DNA of 27,899 nt, taken from positions 1-27,899 of IMG/VR virus record IMGVR_UViG_3300029930_000013; one strand, 5' to 3'. A model generated the notes under the pieces. The model ran no database searches. It was not told the origin of the DNA and saw only the letters and a program-made list of their open reading frames with translations. This stretch comes from a virus (Duplodnaviria > Caudoviricetes). Position numbers and translations under genes: made by a program. Numbering within the stretch: position 1 is the first letter of the stretch; every line of letters starts with the position of its first letter. Of the stretch, positions 7,701-16,929 are shown in pieces.

Positions 7701-10700
7701 ATTGCTGGACTTTCTACATTATCGGAGTATTATGTTACAACTGTTGATGAAAACACATTTAAATTGTCTGTAGTTGGAGTTGGAACCACCACAAAAGACT
7801 TTTATTTTAATACAAAACAATATGAGAATTTAACGTCTGTTGGAGTAGGGACTCACACTTTCAATTATCAACAAATTTCAGTCGAAGTAATTGGAAACGT
7901 AGGAATTTCTTCAATTGCCGAAGAAACATTTAAAGCAGTCGCTCAACCAATTGTTAGAGGTGAAATTACTTCCGTACATCTTTCAAATAATGGCGTTGGA
8001 TATGGCGCATCGGAAGTCCTCAATTTTGAGAGATACCCAACCATAAATTTATATTCTGGCAGTAATGCGGAACTAACTCCCGTAATTTCTCAAGGAAAAA
8101 TTGTTAGTGTAGCAATCAATAATGGTGGAAACAACTACAATACGCCACCCAAATTATCAGTTTCTGGAATTGGAACCGGTGCAACTCTTACTCCAGAAAT
8201 TACAAATGGAGTTATTACGTCCATAAAAATAAACAATGGCGGAGTTGGGTATGGAGTTTCAACAACGTTTATAACTGTTCAATCAGCAGGCGTTGGTGCA
8301 GAATTTAAAACAAATCTTCAAACATGGAGAGTAAATGAATTTAGAAAGAATTACAATAATCTAACTGAAGATGATGCCTTTATATCCAAACCAACCAATA
8401 TTGATTTTGGACTTCAGTGTTCGCATGTATATGCACCAAGAGCCTTAAGAAGAGTTTTATACGCAACTGACGCAGATGGCAATACTTTATTTGGTAAAAA
8501 AGACCTAACATTAATAAATGGACAAGAAGCAACAAATTCAGATCACTCACCCATTATTGGATGGTCTTATGACGGTTATCCAATATATGGACCTTATGGA
8601 TATAGCACAAAGTCTGGTGGAATAGTTGCTCAACTCAAGTCTGGATATGCTATAGACTTAAAACCAAACAGACCACCAACAAGTGTTTTTCCATCAGAAT
8701 TTTTTGTTGAAGATTTTACCTGGACAAATTCTTCGAATGAAACAATTCTTGATGAAAATAATGGAAGATTTTGTGTAACTCCAGAATTCCCTAATGGAAC
8801 TTACGCTTATTTCGCAACGTTTGATGCTGCACCTTCCGCTGATGGTGTTTTTAAAAATTATAAAAAACCCGCTTTCCCATATTTAATTGGTAAATCGTTC
8901 AATGCTAAACCAAATCAATTTAATACCAAGAAAGATTCAAATCAAAATGATTATGATTTGAACAACAGTAATTGGATTAGAAATACATATCCATATTCTC
9001 TTGATAAAAAATATAGTGGATATGAATATGTTAGCGAATCTTATAAGTATGTTACTCAAGATTCTACCATAAAATTTGCTGAAAAGGGTTCGGTTGATTC
9101 TGTTGGCATAGTCACCGGAGGAAACAATTATCAAGTGAACGATAAACTTGTTTTCAGTAACAATGCAACCAGGGGTCTTTCTGCTGTTGCTAAAGTTTCT
9201 CGTTTGTCCGGAGTTGGTGTTGGTACAATTAGTGTTTTAAATACAAAACTTTTAGATGTTGAGTTATATCCCATCAATGGAAATGGAGATTTTGTTGGCG
9301 TTTATACATCTCCACACACTCTTAAGTTTAATGATGTTGTTGTAGTCTCTGGTGTCTCAACAACTGCCTCTTTAATAGAGGGTTCATATGTAGTAGGAGT
9401 AACAACTAATAAGTTGAATTTGTCTTCTGCGGTTTCTGCCGCATCTGTGACGGGGATAGTAACTTATGTTTCTGTTTTAGGTGACCTCAATCTCTCAAAT
9501 ATTAGAGAAAATGACTTACTTTTAATAGATTCGGAAAAAGTAAAAGTTTTAAATGTAGATAAACTCTCTTCAAGAATTAGAATTTTAAGACAAGTAGAGG
9601 GAACTGTATCAACTGCTCATACTGCAACTGCTATAATAGAAGAATTGCCCAGAAAATTTACAATTAATGTTGGATACAAAACAACTTTTGATAATAAGAC
9701 AAATAAAGAATATTATTTTGATCCAAAAGAGTCTGTTGGAATAGGGACGACTGCTGGAATTGGAATTGGAATTACTCTATCATTTGCTAATCCTGGAGCT
9801 GGAATCACTGAAATTTTTATTCCAACAAGATCAATTTATCTACCAAATCATGGTTTAATCACTGGAGACGAAATAACATATCAAACAAATACGGGAAGTT
9901 CCATAGGAGTGGCAACTGTAAGTGGAGGTTCAACTCATGGATTATCAAATCATTCTGTATTATATGTTGCAAAATTAAATGATGACCTTATTGGAATTTC
10001 ATCAGTTCGTGTTGGTTTAGGAACCACAGGTACTTTTGTAGGAATTGCATCCACAACTTCTCATCAAAGTCTTTTATACTTTGTTGGATTAGGAACCGGA
10101 ACACATCACAGTTTTAAAATACAATATCCAGGTGTCATTAAATCTACAATAGAAAAAAATCTTGTAACTGTCGCAGCTGCTAATACTCATGGATTATTGA
10201 GAGGTGATAATATAGATGTCAGTGTTAATCCATCTATTTCTACTTCAGTTACTTTTAAATATAATTCTCCTAACAGAAAACTTTTATCAACCGATTTAAG
10301 TTTTACTGCAGCAGGTGTCGGAACCACTTCAAATTCAATTTATTTGAATAATCATGGTTTAGTTACAGGGCAAAAGATTATTCATAATTCATCATCGCCT
10401 GCAGGAGGTCTTTTAAATGATAGAGAATATTTTGTTTATGTTGTTGATAAAGATAATATCAAACTAACTAACAGTAAATTTGAAACTCAAAAATCAATTC
10501 CAAATTTTGTAGACATATCAACTCAATCTTCTGGAACAATTTCTCCAGTCAATCCACCATTAACTTTCTATAGAAATTCTACAGTTTCTTTTAATCTAGG
10601 AGATTCTTCATTATCATATACACAAAGTAGCACTAATTACGCCGCTTTTGTGCTTGAGTTTTATAAAGATTCTCGTTTTACACAAAAATATGAGACTAGT

Positions 10701-13700
10701 GGTGCAGAGACAACATTTGATATTTCTCAAAGTGGTACAGTTGGAGTGACATCTGATGCGAAAGTTACTCTTAAAGTGAACGAAAATACTCCAGATATTC
10801 TCTACTATAAACTTTCACCGATCAATACTCCAGATAATTTAACAGGTAATAAAGAAATTGTTGTTGATAATAGTGTTGATTTAAATAATCAAATATTAGT
10901 TAAAAAAAGTGAATATAGTGGTAAATATACTGTTTCAGATTACACTGCAAACACGTTCTCTTATAACTTAAGTAAATATCCTGAATCATCTTCTTACAAC
11001 TCAACGCAGTCTGCAATTAGTTATTCAACCGATTCTCTTAATGCGTTTGGACCAATATCTTCGGTTAAAATCAGTGACAAGGGAAAAGGATACTCAAAAG
11101 TACCAGGAATAACAACAGTTGCTTCTACTTATGGAACAGGAGCAATATTAGAAGCTTCAAGTAAGACAATTGGTAAAATTAAAACTACAAAAATAGAAAA
11201 TATTGGGTTTGACTACCCATCAGATTTAACTTTAAAACCAGATGCTAGTATTCCACAGGTTTTAAAAGTTGAACCTCTGACAGGATTTGACTACATTGGT
11301 ATTACCTCTTTCGGAACTGGATATACAATAGCGCCAAAACTTATTGTTCTTGACGGAAAAACAAAAAATATAATTGATGATGTTGACTTAAAATATGTCC
11401 TTGGTAGAGATAAAGTAGAAATTATTCAAAATAGTTTAAAATTATCAAATACAAAACCAACAATTATTCCAACAGAAAATCCAAACGGAGTTAGAGTCTC
11501 TACTCTTACTTACAACACCGCAACTCAAGAAGTAACAGCTACTTTAAAAACTGAATATAGTGATTCTTTCCCATTATCAGTAAATGATAAAATTTTAGTA
11601 GAGGGAGTCAGTGTTGGTGTAGGTTCAACTGGAAAAGGATTTAATTCTTCTTCATACAACTACTCTTTATTCACGGTGACTAAAACTCACCCCAATCTTG
11701 GTGGCGGAGCTGGAATTGTAACATACACAATGAGTGGATATGTGAACGATGGTGAATATCCAGGTAACTTTGATTCTGAAAATTCGTCAATGACTTTAGT
11801 TCCAGAAAAATATTTTCCACAATTTAATCCAGTTTTAAAATCAAATAATTTTGTCAAATCTAATGAAGTTACTGATGGAAATGCATCTGGAGTTGTATTT
11901 GATTGGGACGCTGATAGTAAATACTTAACTGTTGAAACTTCTCATACTTTCACTGTAGGTAAAGTAATAAGTTCACCACAAACTGGTGCCAAAGGACTGA
12001 TAAAAGAAGTTGTAGCATTTGAGTCCAATTATGGTTTAGATTACTATTCTGTAGTTGAAAATGGTTGGGAATATTCGACTGGATTTTTAAATGATGAACT
12101 TCAAAGAATTCACGACAATGATTATTATCAAAGTTTCTCATATTCAATCAAATCAAGAGTCCCATATGAAGAATGGAATGATACGGTAAGTTCTTTAAAT
12201 CATACTTCTGGATTCAAAAAATTCAGTGATTTGCAAATAGAATCTCAACTCCCATCGCTGTTAGTAGATACACTAACTCTCCGACCCATAGGAACTGTGA
12301 CAAACCAACTTGATTTAATTAGTTCCTATGATTTAAATTGCGTTCCAAACTTTGATTTAGTATCTGAAACTTATCTTTCAAATAATACTCTCGCTTTTTC
12401 TGACGAAATAATTTTCAAAACACGAATTTTGACAGACTACGCAGAATCAATTTCTAATAGAGTATTGACTATTGATGATATTAGTGGAGAATTTAATAAT
12501 AACCCAAGATCCACACCATACACTGAAGTTTTTAGAAAAAGACTTGCTGATGGAAGAGCGCAAAAATTTATCGTATATGTAAGAGATAGACTCTTCACTG
12601 GCGAAAGACAAATAATGATGGTTACTGTTTTAAATGACATTGGCCGTGGATTTTCAATGATTAATCAATATGGAAGAGTTGAATCAGTTCTTGATCTTGG
12701 CTCATTTGATTATGTCGTTGATGGTTCAGACGGTGTTCTCAATTTCTATCCAGTAAAATATACATTAAACAACTACAACGTTGTTCCTTTAGCATACAAT
12801 ATTGATCAACTTGATATGGGAACAACAAGTCTTGCTTCTATTGGAAGCACTACAATAGGAGTATCAACAGTTGCTGGATTTAATGGTGCATTAGTGAGTA
12901 TTGCAACATCTAGCATCCTTGCCAATGGCGCAATTGCACAAACGATGGTGACTCTTGCGGGAGTTGGGACAACATCTTCTGGAACAAGATCCGCCAAGAT
13001 TTTAGTTAATATTGAAACGGATGATGGTAGATGTGAATATGAGGAACTAAATCTTGTACATGACGGCACAGAAATTGAAATGCTGGAGTACGGTCAGTTG
13101 AGTATTCATTCTTTAGATGCATTCTCTTCTTCTGGTCTTGGTACATATTATCCATATTTTTCTGGTTCAGACATTAAAATTGATTATACTCCAGCAGTTG
13201 GAATTGTAACTGCCAAACTCAATACCGTTGTTGTTGCAATTTCATCAGAGGGATACACTGGACTTGGTACTTTTGCGATGTCATATGGAGAACTTACAGC
13301 AAAATCAACAATTATTGCATCTTCTGGATCTCCATCAGCTGTTGGTGTTGCAAGTTATTTTAATGACTATGATGCTGCATACTGTTTGGTACAAGTATCG
13401 GATACAACAAATAACAATTATCAATTCTGTGAAATAATTATTCTTGATGATAATACTGAAGTTTATTTGACGGAATATGGTAATGTTGAAACTTTTGCAG
13501 GACTAGGAACTTTTGGTGGAAGGAGAACTGGTGATATTACAGAATTAACTTTCACACCAAATAGTGGCATCAATGCTCGTGTTAAAACGTTAACACATGC
13601 ACTTCGAATAACTGAAAATGCATCTGGAGAAGCATATAAAGACTTTAACAATGCTTCTATTGATAGTGGATTTGTAATCTACGTTGGAACTGAGGCAACT

Positions 13701-16700
13701 ATTAAAAAAGATTTTAATTTAACCCACAAAACATACCCAATTTTCAAGAGAGTATTTGATGGCACAGATTCTAATGTTGTTGATGTTGCTGATAATTCAG
13801 TAATTTTACCAAATCATTTCTTTGTCAGTGGCGAAGAAGTTTCTTATGCACCACAAACTGGAATTACCACCAACTGTATAGGAATTGGAACAACATCCAT
13901 TATTGGAATTGGAACCACAGACAAACTTCCTTCATCAGTATTTGTAATTAAAGTTAGTGAAAATAAAATAAGATTTGCAGCAACTGCTGAAAATGCTCTC
14001 AAGAGAAACCCCGTTGCTCTTGATATTACCTCTGTGGGTATAGGAACATCTCATAGTATAACATCTAAAAATCAAAATCAAAAAGTTTTAGTTTCAATTG
14101 ACAACGCAATACAGTCACCAATTGTTGGTACTTCGGTTACAACTTCTCTATCTAAAGAATTTCTTGTTACCGAAGATGTAGCATATTTTAGCGGTATAAC
14201 ATCTTTCTTTGGTGCTGATTATATTAAGGTTGATAATGAAATTATGAAAGTTCTTGGTGTTGGTATTGGAAGCACAAATGCAGTTAAGGTTGCTCGCTCT
14301 TGGCTTGGGACAACTATTGCTGGGCATTCAACTGGTTCTAAAGTAACAAAGATTCAAGGGAACTACAACATCATTGATAATATGATTTATTTCATTGAAG
14401 CTCCTTATGGAAATAATCCCATTGGAACTGCAACTGACCCACCACAATATAGGGATTGGATTGGTATTACTACATCATCTAGTTTCAATGGAAGAGTCTT
14501 TACTCGTTCTGGGATTCAGGGTGGAACAGATGAAACTTACTCTAAAAATTATGTTTATGATGATATTTCTCAAAACTTTACGGGGCAAATCAAAAACTTT
14601 GCTCTCACATCCAACAATTCAAATGTGATTGGTGTTGCAACAAATAATGCTATCGTTTTAATAAATGGAATTTTCCAAGGACCAGGATTAACATATGATT
14701 ATACATTAAATGAGGCATCTGGTATTACAACAATTTCTTTCACTGGAACTGCGAGTTCTGTTACATATGATCCAAACAATGCGAACATACCTGTCGGTGG
14801 TGTAATTGTTTCTGTTGGTTCGACAGCAGGATTTGGATATCAACCTCTTATTGGTGCTGGTGGCACAGCTATTGTTTCTGCAGCAGGAACTATTTCTCTC
14901 GTAAGCGTTGGAAACAGTGGTTCTGGATATAGAGTTGGTGTACAAACTGTTCGTGTTGGTGTAGCACTTTCATCTAGAGAAACACCAAATATTGAGTTCA
15001 TTGGTACAGCTGTGGTAAGCAATGGTCATGTTGTAAGCATTGCAATTACCAACCCAGGTGTTGGATATACTTCATCAAATCCACCATATGTTGTCATTGA
15101 CCCCCCATTATCATATACAAACATTCCATTATCTTACAGTGCAGAGTCAGCAGGTGGTGGCGGTGCTCAAGGAAAAATTAACATTGTAGTTGGACAAGGA
15201 TCCAGTGTTATTGATTTTGAGATTGTTAATACTGGTTATGGTTATGGTGTGGGACAAATTTTAACAATTCCAACTGGAGGATTAACAGGAATTCCAACAA
15301 CATCAAGTGCAAATTTCAAAGAATTCCAAGTCACTGTACAAGAGATTGATAAGGACTCTTTCTCCGCTTGGTCTATTGGACAGTTGCAAATGTTAGATGA
15401 TTTTTCAAATCTCTTTAATGGAACTAGAAAAACTTTCCCAATTAGTAATAATGGTAACAGACTTTCAATTCAAGCAAAACCAGGGTCTAACATAACAGTT
15501 CAAGACACGCTTTTAATTTTTATCAATGATATTCTTCAAGTTCCTGGAGAATCCTATACATTTACAGGTGGTAGTAGTATAACTTTTGAAGAAGCTCCAA
15601 AGTCTGGAGATACTCTTAAATTTATTTTCTATAAGGGAACTGGTGGTTCTGATGTTATTGACAGGGAGGTTATTGATACTGTAAAAGCTGGAGATGATTT
15701 AACTATCGGATATAGCAAAAATCTCAATCAACAGTCTTTCTTACAACAAACTACAAGAACAGTAACAGAAGTTACTTCTTCAAACTCAACAGACACAACA
15801 GTTTATTATGGTCCAGGTTTGTCAGAGGACAATACACTTTATAGACCAGTCGAATGGTGCAGACAAACTGAAGATAGAATTATTGATGGCCAAATTGTAA
15901 GCAAGTCCAGAGAATTGTATGAACCTTTAATTTTCCCATCAGCATATTTAATCCAATCAGTTGGAATTGGATCAACAGTGGTTTTTGTTGATAATATTCG
16001 ACCATTCTTTAATCCAACAAATGAGAATATTGTGTCCGTTGATTTCCAAAAAGAAATTGTAATTGTAAATAATACTGACAAAGTTTCAGCAGCAGCGACT
16101 GCTTTAGTTTCTGCAGCAGGAACAATATCATCTGTTGTAATTTCTGGCGGTGGAGTTGGATATACTACAAGCCCAGAAGTCAATATTCAAAATCCAGTTG
16201 GGTTTGGAACGACAGCAAGAGCACTTGCTACAGCAACTGTTTCTGCTGGAGGAACTATTTCGAACATATCTATAACATCACCTGGAACTGGATATACAGT
16301 AACAAATCCTCCCGTTGTTTTAATAGGACCACCAACTTTTACAACTGAAGATAACACTATTGTTTCTTATCAAGGAGATTTTGGAATTATTACAGGAATT
16401 GCTACAACTTCAGTTGGAGCCGCTGTTACAGGAATTGTGTTTGATTTAGTAATACCACAAAATTCTTCCTTAAGAAATGCTGATGTAACTTCATTTACAA
16501 CCAGAAGCGGAATTGATACTGGATATTACTTTATTGTTTTCAATTCAAATGTTGGAAATGGCGTCACCTCTTTAGGAGAAGGAAATTCAGTTGTTGGCGT
16601 TGGCACGTCATTCTTGGACAACATTTATAGAGTTGCTAGTGTGGGAGTTGCAACTACAGGAGCTATTGGACTTGGTGTAACTGTAGTTACTAGAGTAACT

Positions 16701-16910
16701 GTTAGTGTTTCCAACTTTAATGGTTTAACTATACCTGGACTGGGATATAGTAGTTTCTATGGAGAATATAGTTGGGGAAGACTTCTCTTATCTGAAAGAA
16801 ATAAACTTCAATCATATAATGCAATTACAACAAAAGGTATTGTTGGTATTCAGACTGGTCCAGTTGTTAAGAGAAATAAATCTCTTAAGTATCAGAACTA
16901 CAGTTCATAA
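4764..16910 (+). CDS. gp7: Giant baseplate wedge initiator (gp7-like), 4048 aa, multi-domain
   Basis: Lies between gp6 and gp8. It has the N-terminal 'KDFYSTRGTDESFKILFKSLYG' and the internal 'RIHDNDYYQSFSYSIKS...W...V..LNH.SGFK.F' motifs of cyanophage gp7-like proteins, plus many beta-rich repeats. The ORF is uninterrupted for 12.1 kb. Confidence 0.8.
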   Translation: MTEKRVQFNKIVKNQLPSYVQEEFPLIGEFLSQYYLGQEYQGAPVDLIQNIDSYIKLDSCGKIIKSTTLTEDIDSFDTTIAVENTEGFPANYGLIKIDNEVITYASKTDVSFVGCVRGFSGITSFTNPNNPEDLIFSTSVADNHSNETLVENLSVLFLNEFLKKIKKQVLPGLQGRDLVNGLNQPQFIRQSKDFYSTRGTDESFKILFKSLYGEDVSVIRPRDYVISPSNANYKKTRDLIVESVSGDPFELLNKTLFQDQFENISKAYAPVSNVERVSVGVLTDSYYRVSIDGSYTQNDGSVELLYGELSIHPKTKIIGNVGAGQTFIDVDSTVGFPKNGTLSFVYNNGTTGVVTYSDKTINQFLGISTEAVTRTILDKTSIDQDTYAYASGAGTTDGIRIKIRSVLNQLNIPATTKYQQSGSTIKFKTLGRVSNSKKANGWLFNTAQSYDVSSLSLIDSTNNTYRLVTTDSNIFRIGDGVSLIDNSDTVLPNKFIVFDVFNNQTCLIRGLGINDPSVIKKARRTITKIDSSLHQNLNKITSNVQNVYLDSDKILVASSSLPSFGEPLSPTGVKFGPKTQKITFSGTFNKDEETLTFTNVVDHNFFTGDSIYYTPEKGSVITIDSSGESIFQEYVISSLFEEGLYFVKRIDEKSVKLAKSRSNIYNELFAKVKTDGSDTVTIQNNIIEKYDYKDKFIEPQKLLREVSPPINDGKVYETTIGYNGILVNGVEILNYKSRDIVYYGKINSVEVVSGGKNYDVVSPPVVSITDSTGIGATGYCSVKGSFAEIRVLNSGFDYVEVPTIKISGGNGLGARAEAKLVTIPYEVTFNASGIGTAIGIGSTNSSIGFSTYHKFRNAERVVYKTFGRNALVGLDTGAIYHVSTKDDYTVKLHKTLNDAVLGINTVTFTNYGSGIHALSSLNGKAVLNSISIIDPGVGYENKKRTCGVSGINTSLDTITIPNHDYKTGEIIKYSADGTPIAGLSTLSEYYVTTVDENTFKLSVVGVGTTTKDFYFNTKQYENLTSVGVGTHTFNYQQISVEVIGNVGISSIAEETFKAVAQPIVRGEITSVHLSNNGVGYGASEVLNFERYPTINLYSGSNAELTPVISQGKIVSVAINNGGNNYNTPPKLSVSGIGTGATLTPEITNGVITSIKINNGGVGYGVSTTFITVQSAGVGAEFKTNLQTWRVNEFRKNYNNLTEDDAFISKPTNIDFGLQCSHVYAPRALRRVLYATDADGNTLFGKKDLTLINGQEATNSDHSPIIGWSYDGYPIYGPYGYSTKSGGIVAQLKSGYAIDLKPNRPPTSVFPSEFFVEDFTWTNSSNETILDENNGRFCVTPEFPNGTYAYFATFDAAPSADGVFKNYKKPAFPYLIGKSFNAKPNQFNTKKDSNQNDYDLNNSNWIRNTYPYSLDKKYSGYEYVSESYKYVTQDSTIKFAEKGSVDSVGIVTGGNNYQVNDKLVFSNNATRGLSAVAKVSRLSGVGVGTISVLNTKLLDVELYPINGNGDFVGVYTSPHTLKFNDVVVVSGVSTTASLIEGSYVVGVTTNKLNLSSAVSAASVTGIVTYVSVLGDLNLSNIRENDLLLIDSEKVKVLNVDKLSSRIRILRQVEGTVSTAHTATAIIEELPRKFTINVGYKTTFDNKTNKEYYFDPKESVGIGTTAGIGIGITLSFANPGAGITEIFIPTRSIYLPNHGLITGDEITYQTNTGSSIGVATVSGGSTHGLSNHSVLYVAKLNDDLIGISSVRVGLGTTGTFVGIASTTSHQSLLYFVGLGTGTHHSFKIQYPGVIKSTIEKNLVTVAAANTHGLLRGDNIDVSVNPSISTSVTFKYNSPNRKLLSTDLSFTAAGVGTTSNSIYLNNHGLVTGQKIIHNSSSPAGGLLNDREYFVYVVDKDNIKLTNSKFETQKSIPNFVDISTQSSGTISPVNPPLTFYRNSTVSFNLGDSSLSYTQSSTNYAAFVLEFYKDSRFTQKYETSGAETTFDISQSGTVGVTSDAKVTLKVNENTPDILYYKLSPINTPDNLTGNKEIVVDNSVDLNNQILVKKSEYSGKYTVSDYTANTFSYNLSKYPESSSYNSTQSAISYSTDSLNAFGPISSVKISDKGKGYSKVPGITTVASTYGTGAILEASSKTIGKIKTTKIENIGFDYPSDLTLKPDASIPQVLKVEPLTGFDYIGITSFGTGYTIAPKLIVLDGKTKNIIDDVDLKYVLGRDKVEIIQNSLKLSNTKPTIIPTENPNGVRVSTLTYNTATQEVTATLKTEYSDSFPLSVNDKILVEGVSVGVGSTGKGFNSSSYNYSLFTVTKTHPNLGGGAGIVTYTMSGYVNDGEYPGNFDSENSSMTLVPEKYFPQFNPVLKSNNFVKSNEVTDGNASGVVFDWDADSKYLTVETSHTFTVGKVISSPQTGAKGLIKEVVAFESNYGLDYYSVVENGWEYSTGFLNDELQRIHDNDYYQSFSYSIKSRVPYEEWNDTVSSLNHTSGFKKFSDLQIESQLPSLLVDTLTLRPIGTVTNQLDLISSYDLNCVPNFDLVSETYLSNNTLAFSDEIIFKTRILTDYAESISNRVLTIDDISGEFNNNPRSTPYTEVFRKRLADGRAQKFIVYVRDRLFTGERQIMMVTVLNDIGRGFSMINQYGRVESVLDLGSFDYVVDGSDGVLNFYPVKYTLNNYNVVPLAYNIDQLDMGTTSLASIGSTTIGVSTVAGFNGALVSIATSSILANGAIAQTMVTLAGVGTTSSGTRSAKILVNIETDDGRCEYEELNLVHDGTEIEMLEYGQLSIHSLDAFSSSGLGTYYPYFSGSDIKIDYTPAVGIVTAKLNTVVVAISSEGYTGLGTFAMSYGELTAKSTIIASSGSPSAVGVASYFNDYDAAYCLVQVSDTTNNNYQFCEIIILDDNTEVYLTEYGNVETFAGLGTFGGRRTGDITELTFTPNSGINARVKTLTHALRITENASGEAYKDFNNASIDSGFVIYVGTEATIKKDFNLTHKTYPIFKRVFDGTDSNVVDVADNSVILPNHFFVSGEEVSYAPQTGITTNCIGIGTTSIIGIGTTDKLPSSVFVIKVSENKIRFAATAENALKRNPVALDITSVGIGTSHSITSKNQNQKVLVSIDNAIQSPIVGTSVTTSLSKEFLVTEDVAYFSGITSFFGADYIKVDNEIMKVLGVGIGSTNAVKVARSWLGTTIAGHSTGSKVTKIQGNYNIIDNMIYFIEAPYGNNPIGTATDPPQYRDWIGITTSSSFNGRVFTRSGIQGGTDETYSKNYVYDDISQNFTGQIKNFALTSNNSNVIGVATNNAIVLINGIFQGPGLTYDYTLNEASGITTISFTGTASSVTYDPNNANIPVGGVIVSVGSTAGFGYQPLIGAGGTAIVSAAGTISLVSVGNSGSGYRVGVQTVRVGVALSSRETPNIEFIGTAVVSNGHVVSIAITNPGVGYTSSNPPYVVIDPPLSYTNIPLSYSAESAGGGGAQGKINIVVGQGSSVIDFEIVNTGYGYGVGQILTIPTGGLTGIPTTSSANFKEFQVTVQEIDKDSFSAWSIGQLQMLDDFSNLFNGTRKTFPISNNGNRLSIQAKPGSNITVQDTLLIFINDILQVPGESYTFTGGSSITFEEAPKSGDTLKFIFYKGTGGSDVIDREVIDTVKAGDDLTIGYSKNLNQQSFLQQTTRTVTEVTSSNSTDTTVYYGPGLSEDNTLYRPVEWCRQTEDRIIDGQIVSKSRELYEPLIFPSAYLIQSVGIGSTVVFVDNIRPFFNPTNENIVSVDFQKEIVIVNNTDKVSAAATALVSAAGTISSVVISGGGVGYTTSPEVNIQNPVGFGTTARALATATVSAGGTISNISITSPGTGYTVTNPPVVLIGPPTFTTEDNTIVSYQGDFGIITGIATTSVGAAVTGIVFDLVIPQNSSLRNADVTSFTTRSGIDTGYYFIVFNSNVGNGVTSLGEGNSVVGVGTSFLDNIYRVASVGVATTGAIGLGVTVVTRVTVSVSNFNGLTIPGLGYSSFYGEYSWGRLLLSERNKLQSYNAITTKGIVGIQTGPVVKRNKSLKYQNYSS
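6567..13850 (+). repeat. Dispersed protein-level repeat H-x-[FLY]-x-x-G-[DE]-x-[IV]-x-Y (about 8-9 copies) in the gp7-like protein
   Basis: HNFFTGDSIYY (~6570), HKFRNAERVVY (~7320), HDYKTGEIIKY (~7650), HTLKFNDVVVV (~9315), HGLITGDEITY (~9850), HGLLRGDNIDV (~10190), HGLVTGQKIIH (~10353) and HFFVSGEEVSY (~13815). Several are followed by Y-[YFH]-V...D...[IF]KL and G-x-G-x-H. Confidence 0.75.
8541..8890 (+). other. YHYH-like domain (C-terminal half) within the gp7-like protein
   Basis: 'DHSPIIGWSYDGYPIYGPYGY' followed by 'LDENNGRFCVTPEFPNGTYAYFAT' and 'PAFPYLIG'. Confidence 0.7.
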
Positions 16911-16917
16911 ATAAATA
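16907..16917 (+). promoter_or_regulatory. Tandem overlapping late promoters ATAAATAAATA upstream of gp8
   Basis: ATAAATA at 16907-16913 and 16911-16917. The first copy contains the gp7 stop codon TAA (16908-16910). Confidence 0.8.
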
Positions 16918-16929
16918 AAAAACTAAAAA

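Noticed and set aside
16867-16888. 8-bp inverted repeat TTAAGAGA-AATAAA-TCTCTTAA near the end of gp7 as a terminator
   Set aside because: The stem is AT-rich and weak, lies inside the CDS and has no U-tract. It is plausible by chance.
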